Source: Mesotaenium endlicherianum
Taxonomy: Eukaryota
Direction: 5' to 3'
Assembly: GCA_009602735.1 (NCBI GenBank)
Contig: WELA01001907.1
Location: 204,601 to 265,322 of the forward strand
DNA: 60,722 bases
The notes beneath the pieces are model-generated. The model was not told where the DNA came from. It saw only the letters and a program-made list of their open reading frames with translations, and made no database searches. The position numbers and the translations under genes are program-made. Positions 42,759 to 54,531 of the stretch are shown piece after piece (within the stretch, counting starts at the first letter, position 1; every line of letters starts with the position of its first letter).

Positions 42759-43800
42759 TGTCATGACTCATGAGGTCGGGACCGTCGCCCAAGCCGAGCC
42801 ACACGTGTGTCGACCATCGACCTAGGGAGGCCGACTTTGACTTGGCTTTACGCGTTCATATGTTGACTTTTGCTAGCGTTCCAAGTCACTAAGGTGTAGA
42901 GCGTTGAGTCATCTTCCGAACGGCACCGATTCCGCGCCATTTGGTCAAGTATTGAGCGAGATGTTTGCGATCTAGACCGCGCCACCTATCGGCCCCTAGC
43001 GAAGTTCCACCAAGGGCCACTTTGTGACTCAATGTGCCTAAAGGTCACATTGTTGGCTCTTCGCGACTCCAAGGACCTCTAGCCATTAGCGTACAAATCC
43101 GCGAGCTTGACAAAGTACACTTAGCATGTATGAGCATAATATATGAGCACCACTAGAGCTATCACTTGGTGACTGCATCACTCATTCCTAGAGGAGGCTT
43201 CCTCACGTTTTAGATCTACTTTTGAGGCGTTATCTAGGTAGCATTGGTCGAGGTAAGCTCTGCCAATAAGAGTCATGCATCCTCTTCTTTGCACTATATT
43301 TGATTGGTGTGTGTTGTGTTTAGCCAATAGGAGAGCTAGTACTTGCTTTGCCTCCACTTTCGTGGATCTTCAGCGCCGATTTTGCAAGGAGTATATAGCA
43401 TATGATGCCCCTAGAAGGACATCTTTTTAGAAGTCAATTATGCCAACTGTAAGCCACAAAGTTATTAGTAAAGTTTGTAATTTTACCTTTTGTGTTTTCA
43501 GGACCACTTAGTCTCTCTCTTGTGAAGAGCAGGCCCTCCTGGCTTCTAGTCACTTGAAAAACGTCACAAGTGTTGAGCAAAGTCACAGCTTAAACCCTGC
43601 CATAGGATTACTCTTGAAGATCATGATGTGCTTCCACTGATCTTTTGGACCAGACTTCATTCGTTGTTATCCTACCAGATTACAGTCTTGGGGTGCTCAC
43701 TCTGGAGAGTACACGCTCCCTACTTCTGAAAACATCTCTCTTTGCCTGCAAGCAATTAGAGTCTTAAGTATATGCTCACCCGTAGTGGGCTATCTTATCA
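42759..43800 (+). repeat. Putative LTR (TG...CA, ~1.04 kb)
   Basis: TGTCATGA start, TATA-like GTATATAG at ~43391, ...TTATCA end, and the ATTTGGTCAAGTATTGAG motif shared with family A LTRs. No TSD or PBS found, so the boundaries and the parent element are uncertain. Confidence 0.45.
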
Positions 43801-43951
43801 ACCTTACTATGAAGGGGTTAGTGGCGAGGACTCAGACTCAGATCTCAATATTGTCACTAATCCACCTGAGGAGGAGCAACCATTGCCCCCTCAGCCTACG
43901 GCCTTCTACGAGCCACCTCTTTAGTGGACTTACTACGATCCCTCGTTCTCC

Positions 43952-44955
43952 ATGGCAGGTGACCAGGATACGAAGGTAGACAGGGCCTCCCTCTTCTGCT
44001 TCAGCGGCAGGCCAGGCACCTGCGATCTGGACAACACTATCTCTGAGTTTGAGGCTGACTTCGAGAACGCTAAGCTCAAACACCCGCGCTCACTAAGCGC
44101 CAGGTGTTTGGCACGCTCATGCGTTACCTTCTCTACAAGGCTCGCAACACCTATCTTGAGAAGGCAGCCGAGATCCTCACGCGCACGGAGCTTGTGGGGG
44201 ACGTTTAGACCCCTCTGGCTAACCCAATTTAGGCCTTCTGGGAAGTCCTCAGACAGAAGTTCCATTCCGCCACTGAGGAGAAGGTGTACGAGCTACACCG
44301 CTTCTTCCGTCGCAAGAAGGACACAATTCGCATGATGTATCGACGTCTGACCCTCCTACGTCAAGACGTGGGCACGGTCACTGACCGAAAGGCAGCGGAG
44401 ATCTTCTTGCGAGCTGTGGAGTCGCGTCTGAGGGAGAGAGCTATCGCCCCCCTCATCAACCGCAAGGATTCCAAATACTCACTAGAGAACGCTTACCTCT
44501 CAGTTGAGAAGCACAGCCTGGCCGCCGCACGGAGAAATATCAGCAATTGTGTGGCCCTCAAAACTACGGGCGTATGCCAGGAGGCCGCGGTACTGCCAGC
44601 TTCTTTGATGCGCCCAGCCCCTGCCCGCCAGCTCTACCAGCCGCAGCCTTAGCGCTCGCAGCTGCCCCAACAGACTCGGCAGCGCGGAGCTCCGCGCGGC
44701 CATATGTCCATGGCCGCCACAACGAGCGACCCCTGCTGGTCTTGCGGGAAGATGGGCCACTCTCGTTGTGACTGCACGCTTGCGCAAAACGGCAAGCCCG
44801 GCGATTGCATCTATTGTGGCAACGCCGACCACCTGCAGGTCGTCTGCCTGCAGAAGAAGGCGACCTCGAGAACGGGCGCGCTTGAGACGGATCATCCGCC
44901 GCAGCGGGCCAGCGAGGCATGCGTATCCCTCGCGCTGGCGGACGTCGCGCGATGA
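43952..44955 (+). pseudogene. gag of element D with tandem CCHC knuckles
   Basis: CWSCGKMGHSRCDC and CIYCGNADHLQVVC (both CX2CX4HX4C). Upstream gag-like segments are broken by frameshifts and stops. Confidence 0.8.
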
Positions 44956-46705
44956 CGGCAGCCGCGGCCACGACTAGCGCCGTGATGACGCCCGGCGAGG
45001 ATCACTGAAGCTACGACGCTCTCAGCAAGGCGCTGATAGCGGCCGTAGCCGAGATCACGCCCCTACACGCTCGCGATGCCAGCACGTATTGGCTACGACG
45101 CGTGCGGGGCACTCTACGCCCCTGCCAGCTGTGCGCGTCCCGCTCAGGCATCCGCCAGTAGCAGACGGGAGCGACCCGACAGGCTGACCGCTGGCAGATG
45201 CCCATCTGGTGCAGCCCAGCCAGCCGGTGCCACAGGTCGTCATAAGGACAAGCCGGCACTAGCGCCAGCGCAGGTAGCATAGACGCGGGCTACGACCTTG
45301 GCCTGCATCGCTCTGCTATCGACAACAGGGCCAACCATTGCCAACCCAGCGACAGCGGGTGTTCCCCTGCGAGCCCGCCAGACGGCTGCGCAGGCCACGA
45401 CGACCCTCGGCGCCTGCACCGCGCACCTGTGCGCGGATCTGCGCTCGAATGAGCGGCATGAGCACAGCCGCCTGCTGCTGGCTGCAAGCGGCAGGTTCTA
45501 GCAGCTGTTGCCACGTGGCGCGCCCTTGGCATTCGAGACGCCACGCGCCAGCGCCGGCATCGCCACCCGTATCCGTGCGCCAGGGACGCCGTTGCAAAGT
45601 TCGTTTCGGCAACCCGACCGCCTTGTCGCAGTCGCGACAAGCTGCGCAGCCACGCACATCAGCCGCTTCCGCGTGTCGCCACTTGGCGCGCGCTCACGAC
45701 CGGACACCTTCGGCGTACGGCCGGCAGAGAGGGGCGGCATCTTCCGTTAGGAGGGGGCATCCCTGACCTTGCCGTGCAACCTAATTGTTGTGGAGCCACT
45801 TGACAGCTCGTACACAACGTCGCTTAGCTTGGGCTTAAACCTTGGCTGCGCACAAAACCCGGGTGTGCGCGCAGTCTGCGCGGCCAAAGTTGCGCAGGGC
45901 TCGCTCGCGCGCAAGCGACCCTCCCAAGCATCGCACTGGGCATTCGCAGCCGAGTACGCCGACGGATCAGCAGCCCGGCTAGTCTGCCTCAAAGGCAACC
46001 CAAGGGTGCCACTTGGCGACCTTGCAGAGGCCGTACTGGCCCCTGCAACTGTACCAGCGCCAGCGCCAGTCCCCGCGGAGGCGTCGGCTTTCTCCAGAGC
46101 ATCTGCGCCGCCGTCAGAGTCTGCACCAGCATTGGCGCCAGTTGCGCCAGGGTTGGCAGCCGCGCCATTCAAGGTCCTGGTCCTTTGCGCACGGACGCGG
46201 CCACTTGCCGGCGTCCCGGCAGTTCACAGTGTGCCCCGCGAGCGCACACTCGTAGCAGCCGACGGGCGATCCGTGGCCGCGCAAAAGCGCGACAATCCAG
46301 ACCAGGGACGTGGTACGGAGGAGACCCCGCGCCTGCCCCGCTCTCTCCGCGTCCTGGACCCGCCAGCAGAGCCTGTCGCGTCTGCACCGCACACACTTGC
46401 CTCCTCGGTGATGATAGTGCAACTCAGCGTCAAGGTGCTCTCGCTCGCATTGCACCGCATGTGTCCTTTGCTGAGCGCGGCGTGACGTTCGAGGCGACCC
46501 GGCAGGCCGCCCAACTAATGCTTCGTTCACGCGCCGCTGGCTCCGGCACGAGCACTGACAGGCCTAGAGCCGATGCCTCCACCACAGTGCTCTCCGCTCC
46601 TGCTCGACCCCCGCACGAGCGCAGGTTGATCAGCAGCCCCAATGTTGCGTTCTCGAACAACGCGCAAGGGAACGCGCTGGTCAAAAGCCGGCCCCTCAGC
46701 GCATT

Positions 46706-46993
46706 ATGTATGACACAAGCGCGCAGCCGGTCCTTATCAGTCACAGCTATCTCCGGCAGCTGGGCCTCTCCTCAGCCGACCTGAAGGAGTCGCCCACGCG
46801 GATTAACACTGCGGCTGGCACATCAGAGTCCGTGACTGGGCGCACTCAGCTGGCGCTCATCTTCACCTTTTGGTCGAGAACCGAGGATGAGACGACAATC
46901 CATCGTCACGCGCTCGTGACGCGCTCTGACAACGTTGACGTCCTTTGGGGGCAAGACGTGCTCTTTCCCATCGTAGCCGCGGTGGATAATTGA
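46706..46993 (+). pseudogene. Retropepsin-like aspartic protease of element D
   Basis: MYDTSAQPVLIS (DTG changed to DTS), flap RINTAAG, and VDVLWGQDVL (the LLG.D motif). Confidence 0.75.
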
Positions 46994-49104
46994 ACCAAGC
47001 GGGCACACTATCGGCCCGACTGGCGCTCTGGAGGCACGCGCACGGCCTCATTGCCACTCGACATTCTGGATTGGCGACCCACATCGGCGGCACTCTACGG
47101 CCTCATGGCGCTAGGCGACAATGGCGATCGGCTCAGCGTCATCCAGACGAGCAAGGGCGGCTCAAAGGATGACGACATGTCTGTTGGGGCAGACCTGCTC
47201 CAGCCTGAGGACGAGGAGCCTGAGCTACCAAGCGCAGAGATCCACCTCTTCGCACATGAGCAGGCAGAGCTGCTGACAGCGCAGGCCCAAGAGTTCGTGC
47301 GCATTTACGCAGCGCAGCACGCCGTGATGCGCTAGATGACAGCAGCAACGACCGCCGCCGCCGACGCCGCTACAACAGCAGTGGCTACGGCCGCTAGAGC
47401 CCACGAGCTCCTCGCAGCCACTGCCAACACGGTTCGTCCATTCGTCCCTGAGGTGCCCCCGCGCAAGAGGGCGCGCTTGCCCGCCACACGGTCCGACGTC
47501 CGCCTGCGAGAGGAGGTGCCGGTGGGAGTGACCATGCAATTTCAGATGGCATCCCAGCCACCTTCGCCGTCGATGCACCCAGACGATACCAACCGCCGCA
47601 CAACCGCCTTAGAGGAGGAGGCCCTGCGCTAGGCCGCCTACCACCTCCTGACTGGCGAGAAGTTGTATGAGAGGGCGCCAAAGGAGGCCTACGAGGAGTC
47701 GACCGAGGCATCCTTGTAGGCCATGCTCGTCACAATCGTCGCTCGCGTCCGCCGCATGCTCACCGGTCCCCCAGGCTTCAGCACGCTGACAGGACCCCCA
47801 TGCTTTGACAGGCCTACTGGTCCTCCGAGATTTGGCCGCTCTTCCTCCATCGGCCCGTTGAGGTTCAGCCGGCCTGCGTCTGCCAGGTCCGGCAAAGCCT
47901 ACCGCTGTGCGGCAGGCCCACGTTGCCAACCCGAGCATGACTGCTCGACCGACGCCAGCTGTCGCAACCTCACGCACCTGTTGTACGGCAGAGGTGGCAG
48001 AGATGACCGATCCGACTCTCGCGCCTTCCCCGCTGCTACCTTTGCCACCTCCGGCACGGGCGCCACAAGCAACCTGCGCGGTGGCCAGCGCACTCGGCAC
48101 TGCGATGACCGCCGTGCCTGTTGTGCGCTCGGTCATCTGTCAAGAGCCAGGTTGCGACCTGCGCGGCAGGCAGCGAGCTGTCACTCCGTCGCAGCTCAGG
48201 CGCAGTCTGCGCAGCGAGCACAGTCTTACGGCCCTGCCGAGACGCGGTCAGTTTGTTACGCCACCCTACCGCTACACCCGAGTCAAAGCTGCCACTCCGC
48301 CCTACCGCGACAGTCGCAACCAAGTAGCCACCCCGCCGTACCGCGAGGTGGACGATCGCAAGGACGCCTCGCTGTCCACCACGTACGCCTTCCACGCGCT
48401 CTACAATTGGCGGCTAGCGCTCCCTTGCAGCCACTTTGCCAGCGACGGGCCTGGCGGCTCACCTCCCTCCAAGGTGGTCTGCACCAACAGTCGCGCCTTT
48501 GACTCCAGGATGGCCGACGTGTTGCAGCCGTCGACGACCTAGCGCGCTGCCACAGGCGTTCTTGCAACCAGCTGCCGCTCCACTCGCAGCTCTGTGCTCA
48601 AGTGCATTGGCGCCCCGTCAACTAGTGCGCGTCCGGCAGTTCGCCTACCGCACTGAGCCCGCCGGCAGCCCCAACCCGGTGGACCTCCCTTTCCACCGGC
48701 GCCAGCAGGCTTACTACGACCCGCACCTGTATCTGCCACAACGCCTCGTGCTGGACCAGCTCGCGTACGTAGCTTCCCATGCGCAGGACCGCAAGGCCAG
48801 GCGTAGATGGCAGCTCACATGCGTGCGCCAGGCTTAGGCCCGCTCGACCCCTGTGCCCCCGCACATCCTGCAAGACGCCTGCGATAGGTGGCGACAGTAC
48901 CAGGCCCACGCGCGCGTTGCACAGCCCCAGCGTCGGCCTGAGCCCATTCCGCGCCTCACGCGCGACCACGTCGAGCGCGCTGTCGCTGCGCTTCGCATGG
49001 CTCCGCATCAGCACAGCGAGGCTCGTACGTACCCGCCCACAGCAGAGCTCGGCGATCTTGCTATGGGCTGCCGCCCGCTCTTGACGCCCATTTACACGAA
49101 CTAG

Positions 49105-50100
49105 TTGGACGAGCGGCCCGGCGGCATTGTCTTGGTGGAGCTGTTCGCTGGCATTGCCACTGGGCTGCTGGCCACGCTGCAAGCCGGCATCCCTGTCCAT
49201 CGATACGTCTACGTCGATCCGGACCCCCAGGCGCAGCAGGTTGCCAGGGGCCAGATGGCGCTTTGCCACGAGCGCTTTCCCGACATCTTCCCCGCTCGCG
49301 CCTTTTGTCACGCACAGACAGACTGGCTCATGGACGTCTGTGATATCACCAACGAGCACGTGACTTGCCTTGGCCCGGTGGAACTCATCTTCGCTGGCTG
49401 GGAGTGCCAAGGATTCTCAATTGCAAGCCGCGGCGGCGCCCTCAGCAACCCTTGCACGGCGCTTTTCTGGCACCTCCTCCGCATCCTCAACTTGGTTGAG
49501 GCGCGCCAGCCGGCTCACTCCCTTGCGTGGGTCCTGGAGCTAGAATGTGGCGATGCGTGACAACGAGCGGGACAACGTCCGTGCCGACTTCAAACTTTGC
49601 AGCAGCTACCTCGAACGCAAGGGCGTTGACGCCGCCGCGCAGATTGGTTCCTTTGCCCACCGCATGCGAGCTTACTTCACCAACCTTGTCATGCCAGGCA
49701 CGCTCGAGGCTCTGGCTGCCGCGCACCCTTGCCACAGCCCACGACCGCAACGTTGACTCTATCCTCAATACCGAGCGGCTGGCCAGCGCGTGACAACTTT
49801 GCCCCATCCGTCACAGGCCCAGTGCGAGGTGCTCCGCGACGTCACACGCGCCCTGCCGACGTTGGTCAGTCGCTACGACAGCACAGTCTATGTCGGAGCG
49901 GCGCGCTGCATGGTCATTGACCTCTCCTCCGGCTTGTTTGAGCGCCCGCGTGCGGTGGAGATGGAGCGCGCCATGGGCTTCTTGCCGCACCCGACCCAGG
50001 TGGATGGCCTCACTGAGGTCAACCGCATTCGGCTGTTGGGGCAGGCCATCGTTGCCAACGTCTTGACTTGGCTCCTTTTGCAGACGCAGGCCTTGACGCC
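49105..50100 (+). pseudogene. DNMT3-like C5 cytosine DNA methyltransferase (frameshifted)
   Basis: Motif I VELFAGIATG; II YVYVDPD; III DVCDI; IV LIFAGWECQGFS; VI VLE[+4 bp]NV; VIII AHRMRAYFTNL; IX EMERAMGF; X RIRLLGQA. Motifs are in canonical, non-permuted order. Confidence 0.9.
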
Positions 50101-50577
50101 CTTCTACGCGAGGCCCGTCATCCAGAGCAGCCACGCCGTCTGGACAAGCCACTCAATAGCTCCTCTAACGATGACGGCACCGGCCCTACGCCAGGCACCC
50201 GCTCGCGATCTCAGCAAGAGGGGCCGGCACGACAGGCCCCGCTTTGTCGCCCGTACCAGGCGCCTCCTGCATCCAGCTCTAACTCTAGTCCGCTGGGGGG
50301 GGGGAAGGAGGCGGGAGGAGGCAAAGCGGTTGTCGTTGTGAGACAGCAACAGGCCAACGCGACCAAAGTGAGCCTGTTACCATGGTATGCTATTGCACGG
50401 TAAGGTGGCGAAGGCGGCCCGTTACGAGCCCGTGCCTCGCTTTTCAACCAAATACTGATGATTCCGTAACCCACAAATTAAATGTGTATACAACCAACCT
50501 TCCGATACAGTCGGCACAAGGACGCCTCTGTTTTTTTTTTCATAACTTACCAAGCTCATTGGCTACAATAGCCACTT

Positions 50578-53500
50578 TGAAATGAATCGACTTACCAAAT
50601 AGGCGATTAACAATTAATGAAGATCTTTATATCAGCAAGTAATCTTTATGGTATTTTCTGTTAAATAATTAAACAATGAAAGACAACACACTAGCAGTAG
50701 ACAATATTCGCGAGTCAAATGCAAGTAAACTAGCATCAAGAATGCGATCAGTAAACTCATACATAAGCAAGGCTAGAAGACAGTGCATATCAATGGCTTC
50801 TTGCCTTGGATTCATATATCTTTCAGTAAGCTGTCCAAGAGAGTTGGCCTCGTTTTCGAATGCCGAACTTGAGAGCAATACCTAGCATATGTACATGGAA
50901 TGAGTTTACGGTTCAACGGCAAGTGCGATGGCATCGCCTACCCAGGAGCTAACCACGTTGGTAGGACCTCGGATAACCAAATCCACCGCCATCTCCCATC
51001 ATTCCGAATCGCCATCCATCCGAAGAATGTCATTTGGTCATTCATCTAGCATACCACACTTATATGCATATCTAGGCAATTCGCTGCTACCGAGTACAGA
51101 AGTCAGCTGGCTGTCAAAGAATGTGTCAGCAAGCTGACCTACGTTGACTTCAGCCTGCTGCTCTCGGCTGAGTCATTATATTGATTATTGTTATTTAAAA
51201 TCCAGCGGACTGAATATTAAGTAAAGTCTAGCAGACTAAACATAATTAACTGTTCTATTTCAATGAATATCATATCTACCAATATATTGTTTTATTACAA
51301 TCCCTCCAACTTAAAGTGTTGTCGACTAGACAACACTGATTCACTAACACAAGTTAAGTATTATTTACAATCACGTAAGGCACATGCAACACAAAAGCAG
51401 ACTGACTCAAACAAAGATAGCAACTAAGTACCCGGCGCTGTGTCTCCTGGGGAGCGAGACCTGAAATTTGACCTTCTTCTCCTGGTGGATGGCCTCCTGA
51501 ACTTTGGGGGCTTGGATCAGGGTGAACCCAGGGGTGAACGCAGCAGCTGGGCAGTACTCTCTTGCACTGTTTGCAAATTTATGGAGACAGCTCTTTCTTG
51601 TGCAGTTCTTTAAGCTGACACGTACATACACTAGCATGCCGGAGGGGTGTTGGATGACAAGGGATAAGGGCACATGTCCTTTGCTAGAAGGGGATGCTGG
51701 CTGCCCTTTGGCTGCCTCCTTAGCAGCCAACCTGTCTGCTCTGTCTGACTGAGTCTCCTTCCGTGGGGTGGGACTCCTCCTGCTGAAACTGCCTAACCAC
51801 TAGAGATCTAGATCTCTTGATGGGCTAGGGTCAAAACCCTCCTCCTCGTTGTCCTCCTCTCCATTGTCTCCTCCTTCCTCTTCCTCGTCCTCTTGTTCCT
51901 CTAAAATTTCTGGAATTTCAACCGCTCCCGAGAAGAAGAGTATCCCACTGACCTCCCCTTTTTGGGTGCGGGTGGGGGCTGCTGGGTCCTGACCGCATAC
52001 AGGTCCTTCTCCCCTTGCTTACTTGCCCATTTGGCTTAAGCATGCTTTCCTTTGGAGAAGGAATCCCTGGCCCTGGTCCTATCCTCCTGTGTCTCCGAGC
52101 TCATGCAGTCTCTGACCCCATCCAGTCTTGGGTCCCATGCTGCAATGTGAGGTGGCAGCACTATCTTCCCCTGCAAGTGTGCCAAGAAATCGTCTTCCTC
52201 GGCCCCGTCATTGTGCTGGTCCTTGATGTCAATAGTCATCCAGCACCAGTCCGTAGGTTGTAGCAAGAAAGCAAGGTCCGCCCTCTTTAAGGTGCAGGGA
52301 TACCAGTGCCCCGAGATATCCAACTGACCGATCTCTCTGGCTAAGAACTCCCAGCTTCTTCTCTCCACCTCGTTGTACATTACTTTGAACCGATTGTGGG
52401 CTGTAAGGTTATGAATGTGTAGTTTTTATCTTTGTAGTAATTTATATGCATAGAGTGTGATTTTAAAAGAACTTTGGCCTTTATTTCAAGTCATTTGGAC
52501 AAGTATTGAGAAAGTTATGAATTTTGGAAATTTTTAGTGAGTTTTTAGAGTCACAGATCCGATTTAGTGACAAGGACAGGTCCAGTGACGAAAATTTCGG
52601 TTGGAGTCCAGGAAGTAGGACATAGAAACATGAGGGTTCCAGAAACTACGTACAATTATGTAGAGTGCGAAAGTGATCGTGGAGTTTCTAGAAACTTCGT
52701 GAGGAGTTAGTGGATTGTGTAGTAGAATATTCTAGAGTGTGATTGTGTGCGTTTGAGTGTGCTAGCTTGTCCAACTAGGCAAGGTCACCTACATGGAAGG
52801 AGCCATAGTAGAAGGTTCTGGAGGTACTTTGCTAAAGAGGACACTTAGAGTTGAAGCATAAAAGAGGGGGTCTTGTCTTGTCTAGGGAAGTCTAGTCTAA
52901 CCTTCTTATCTTGTACACGACTTTTCTTAATCAAGTGAGTTCTTTTCTACTCCTCTCTCATGTAGCCCTCTAACCCTTGCAAGGGTGGCACACCACCAGG
53001 CCACTTCACCTTGTGTATGCAACTAGGAAAGGTCCTCGTGCACGCTTCCACTCGCGGGTGAGGGTGCGTGAGTGCGTATGGGCGCACTCCCCGCACCCTT
53101 CCCCCTTTCAATAGGGATCCACCCGATGACCCTGTCTGTGCCCCAGATGCCCGGTATTGGCACAGCTTTAGACTCGTTCGTCTAGGCCAGTGCTTTGGCC
53201 TCACGGGTTGTAAACCCCACCACCCTGGCATAGTCGTGGTACAGTAGCAGCCCTGTGCTGACCTCTGTGTACTTGTCAAAGTTTTCAGACGTCTCCCCCT
53301 CCCGCTGCAGTATGTCCTTCTGCGACTCGCTTCGGCTTCTCTGGGCATACTTGAAGGCTTCCTCCAGAAGGTCAAAGCCCTTGCCCATTACCGTGTAGCG
53401 GTAACTTCTAATCCTCCTTTGTTCCTCCTCAGCCTGCTGTTTCCGCCTCTCCTTGGACAACCTTTGCTCCTCTGCCTTCTTGGCTTCCTCTGCAGCCTTT

Positions 53501-53750
53501 TTGTCCTGCTCCTCCTGTCTCAGCCTGGCCTGTTCCTCCTCCTTCTTCTTCTTCTGAGCCTCTCGCTGCAGTCGAAGTCGCTTTGATTCTCGCAACGGAA
53601 TGGAGGATGATTCGATGTCGCCATGGAACTCCTGGTACTCAACCTGTGTCTCCTCGGCCCTTCTTTTCCTTTTGACTTCAGACTTTTGAGTCATCCTGCT
53701 CAATCACAAACACAATGGGGTCAGTGTAGTCATGGTATTATGCACGATCG
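50578..53750 (-). mobile_element. Truncated second family B element: 3' LTR (50578-51299), PPT and ORF-X homolog (~51400-53694)
   Basis: LTR homologous to 1695-2416, PPT at 51300. ORF pieces 53182-53703, 52036-52380 and 51407-51730 match ORF-X at protein level. Confidence 0.9.
52402..53110 (+). repeat. Solo family A LTR inserted into the ORF-X homolog
   Basis: TGTAAG...TTTCA, colinear with 1386-1694 plus 10384-10787. Flanks TGGGC / ATAGG do not form a TSD. Confidence 0.9.
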
Positions 53751-53902
53751 TGGAGGATTTTGGTTTCCATCGACAACAAAATCCATCCAAGGCCTCAAAT
53801 GGACCAAATTCATCCAAACGGGCTGATTTGGGCTTGAATGGAAATCCATTTGGAAAATTGGTCCAAATGGAAACAATTTAACCCATGTCAGAATGTCAGG
53901 GT

Positions 53903-54237
53903 GTATCGTCTATGGAGGCAAAGTACATTGTGGCCTCACATGCGGTGCAAGAGGCATTGTGGTTGAGAAGAGTCCTGAAGAACTTAGGCTGTGAGCAGCT
54001 GAGTCCACAGTGATTTTGAGTGACAGCCAAAGTTGCATTGCATTGGGCAAGAATCATGTAGAGCATGCTAGAAGCAAGCATTTTGACATTCAGTATCATA
54101 AGTGTAGACAGTGTGTGCTAGATAGTGTGGAGTTCAAGTATGTCAAAATCGATAAGATGATGGCAGATGCTTTGACAAAAGCTGTCCCTATAATTAAGCA
54201 ACAATGGTGTGCTGGGATGTTAGGATTAAAAAAATAA
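53903..54237 (+). pseudogene. Ty1/copia RNase HI fragment
   Basis: SSMEAKY..EALWLRRVL..ILSDSQSCIAL..HARSKHFDIQYH..MMADALTKA. Probably followed by an LTR remnant to ~54530. Confidence 0.88.
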
Positions 54238-54531
54238 GTGAGCGGATGATTAGCCAAAGAGGAAGTGTACAAAACAGGCAGTCCTAAAATAGGCAGTCCT
54301 AGCTCTATTTGTGTCACACGTGTGTTCGCACGTGTGATGGTCGACATGTGTGTGTGGTCAATCCATTTCAGTTGACAGTCTGTGAGTGTGTCGATGAGTA
54401 GGGTACGAGTGACTGGGATTGTCGATGAATTTGAGGTAGGGAAGCAGTCGTCAGTGTGAATACAGTGATGAGGTAGGGCTGTGTGTAGAAGTACATTTGA
54501 GAGAAGAGAAAAGAGTTGAGCCAGAGTAAGT

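Larger units (their letters stand above)
43801..50577 (+). mobile_element. Decayed LTR-type retroelement (family D): gag with two zinc knuckles, aspartic protease and C5 DNA methyltransferase; no RT/INT retained
   Basis: All domains are on the + strand in polyprotein order. GC- and CpG-rich. Cut at 50578 by a family B LTR. Confidence 0.8.

Noticed and set aside
45000..48500. Numerous overlapping Ala/Arg/Pro-rich ORFs on both strands
   Set aside because: Expected in very GC-rich DNA. Only the + strand polyprotein pieces carry recognisable motifs.
49105..50100. MTase as host DRM/CMT/MET1 or bacterial restriction-modification contamination
   Set aside because: Motifs are not permuted as in DRM, there are no BAH, chromo or UBA domains, no introns and no partner nuclease. 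It is embedded in a gag-protease polyprotein among nested LTRs.
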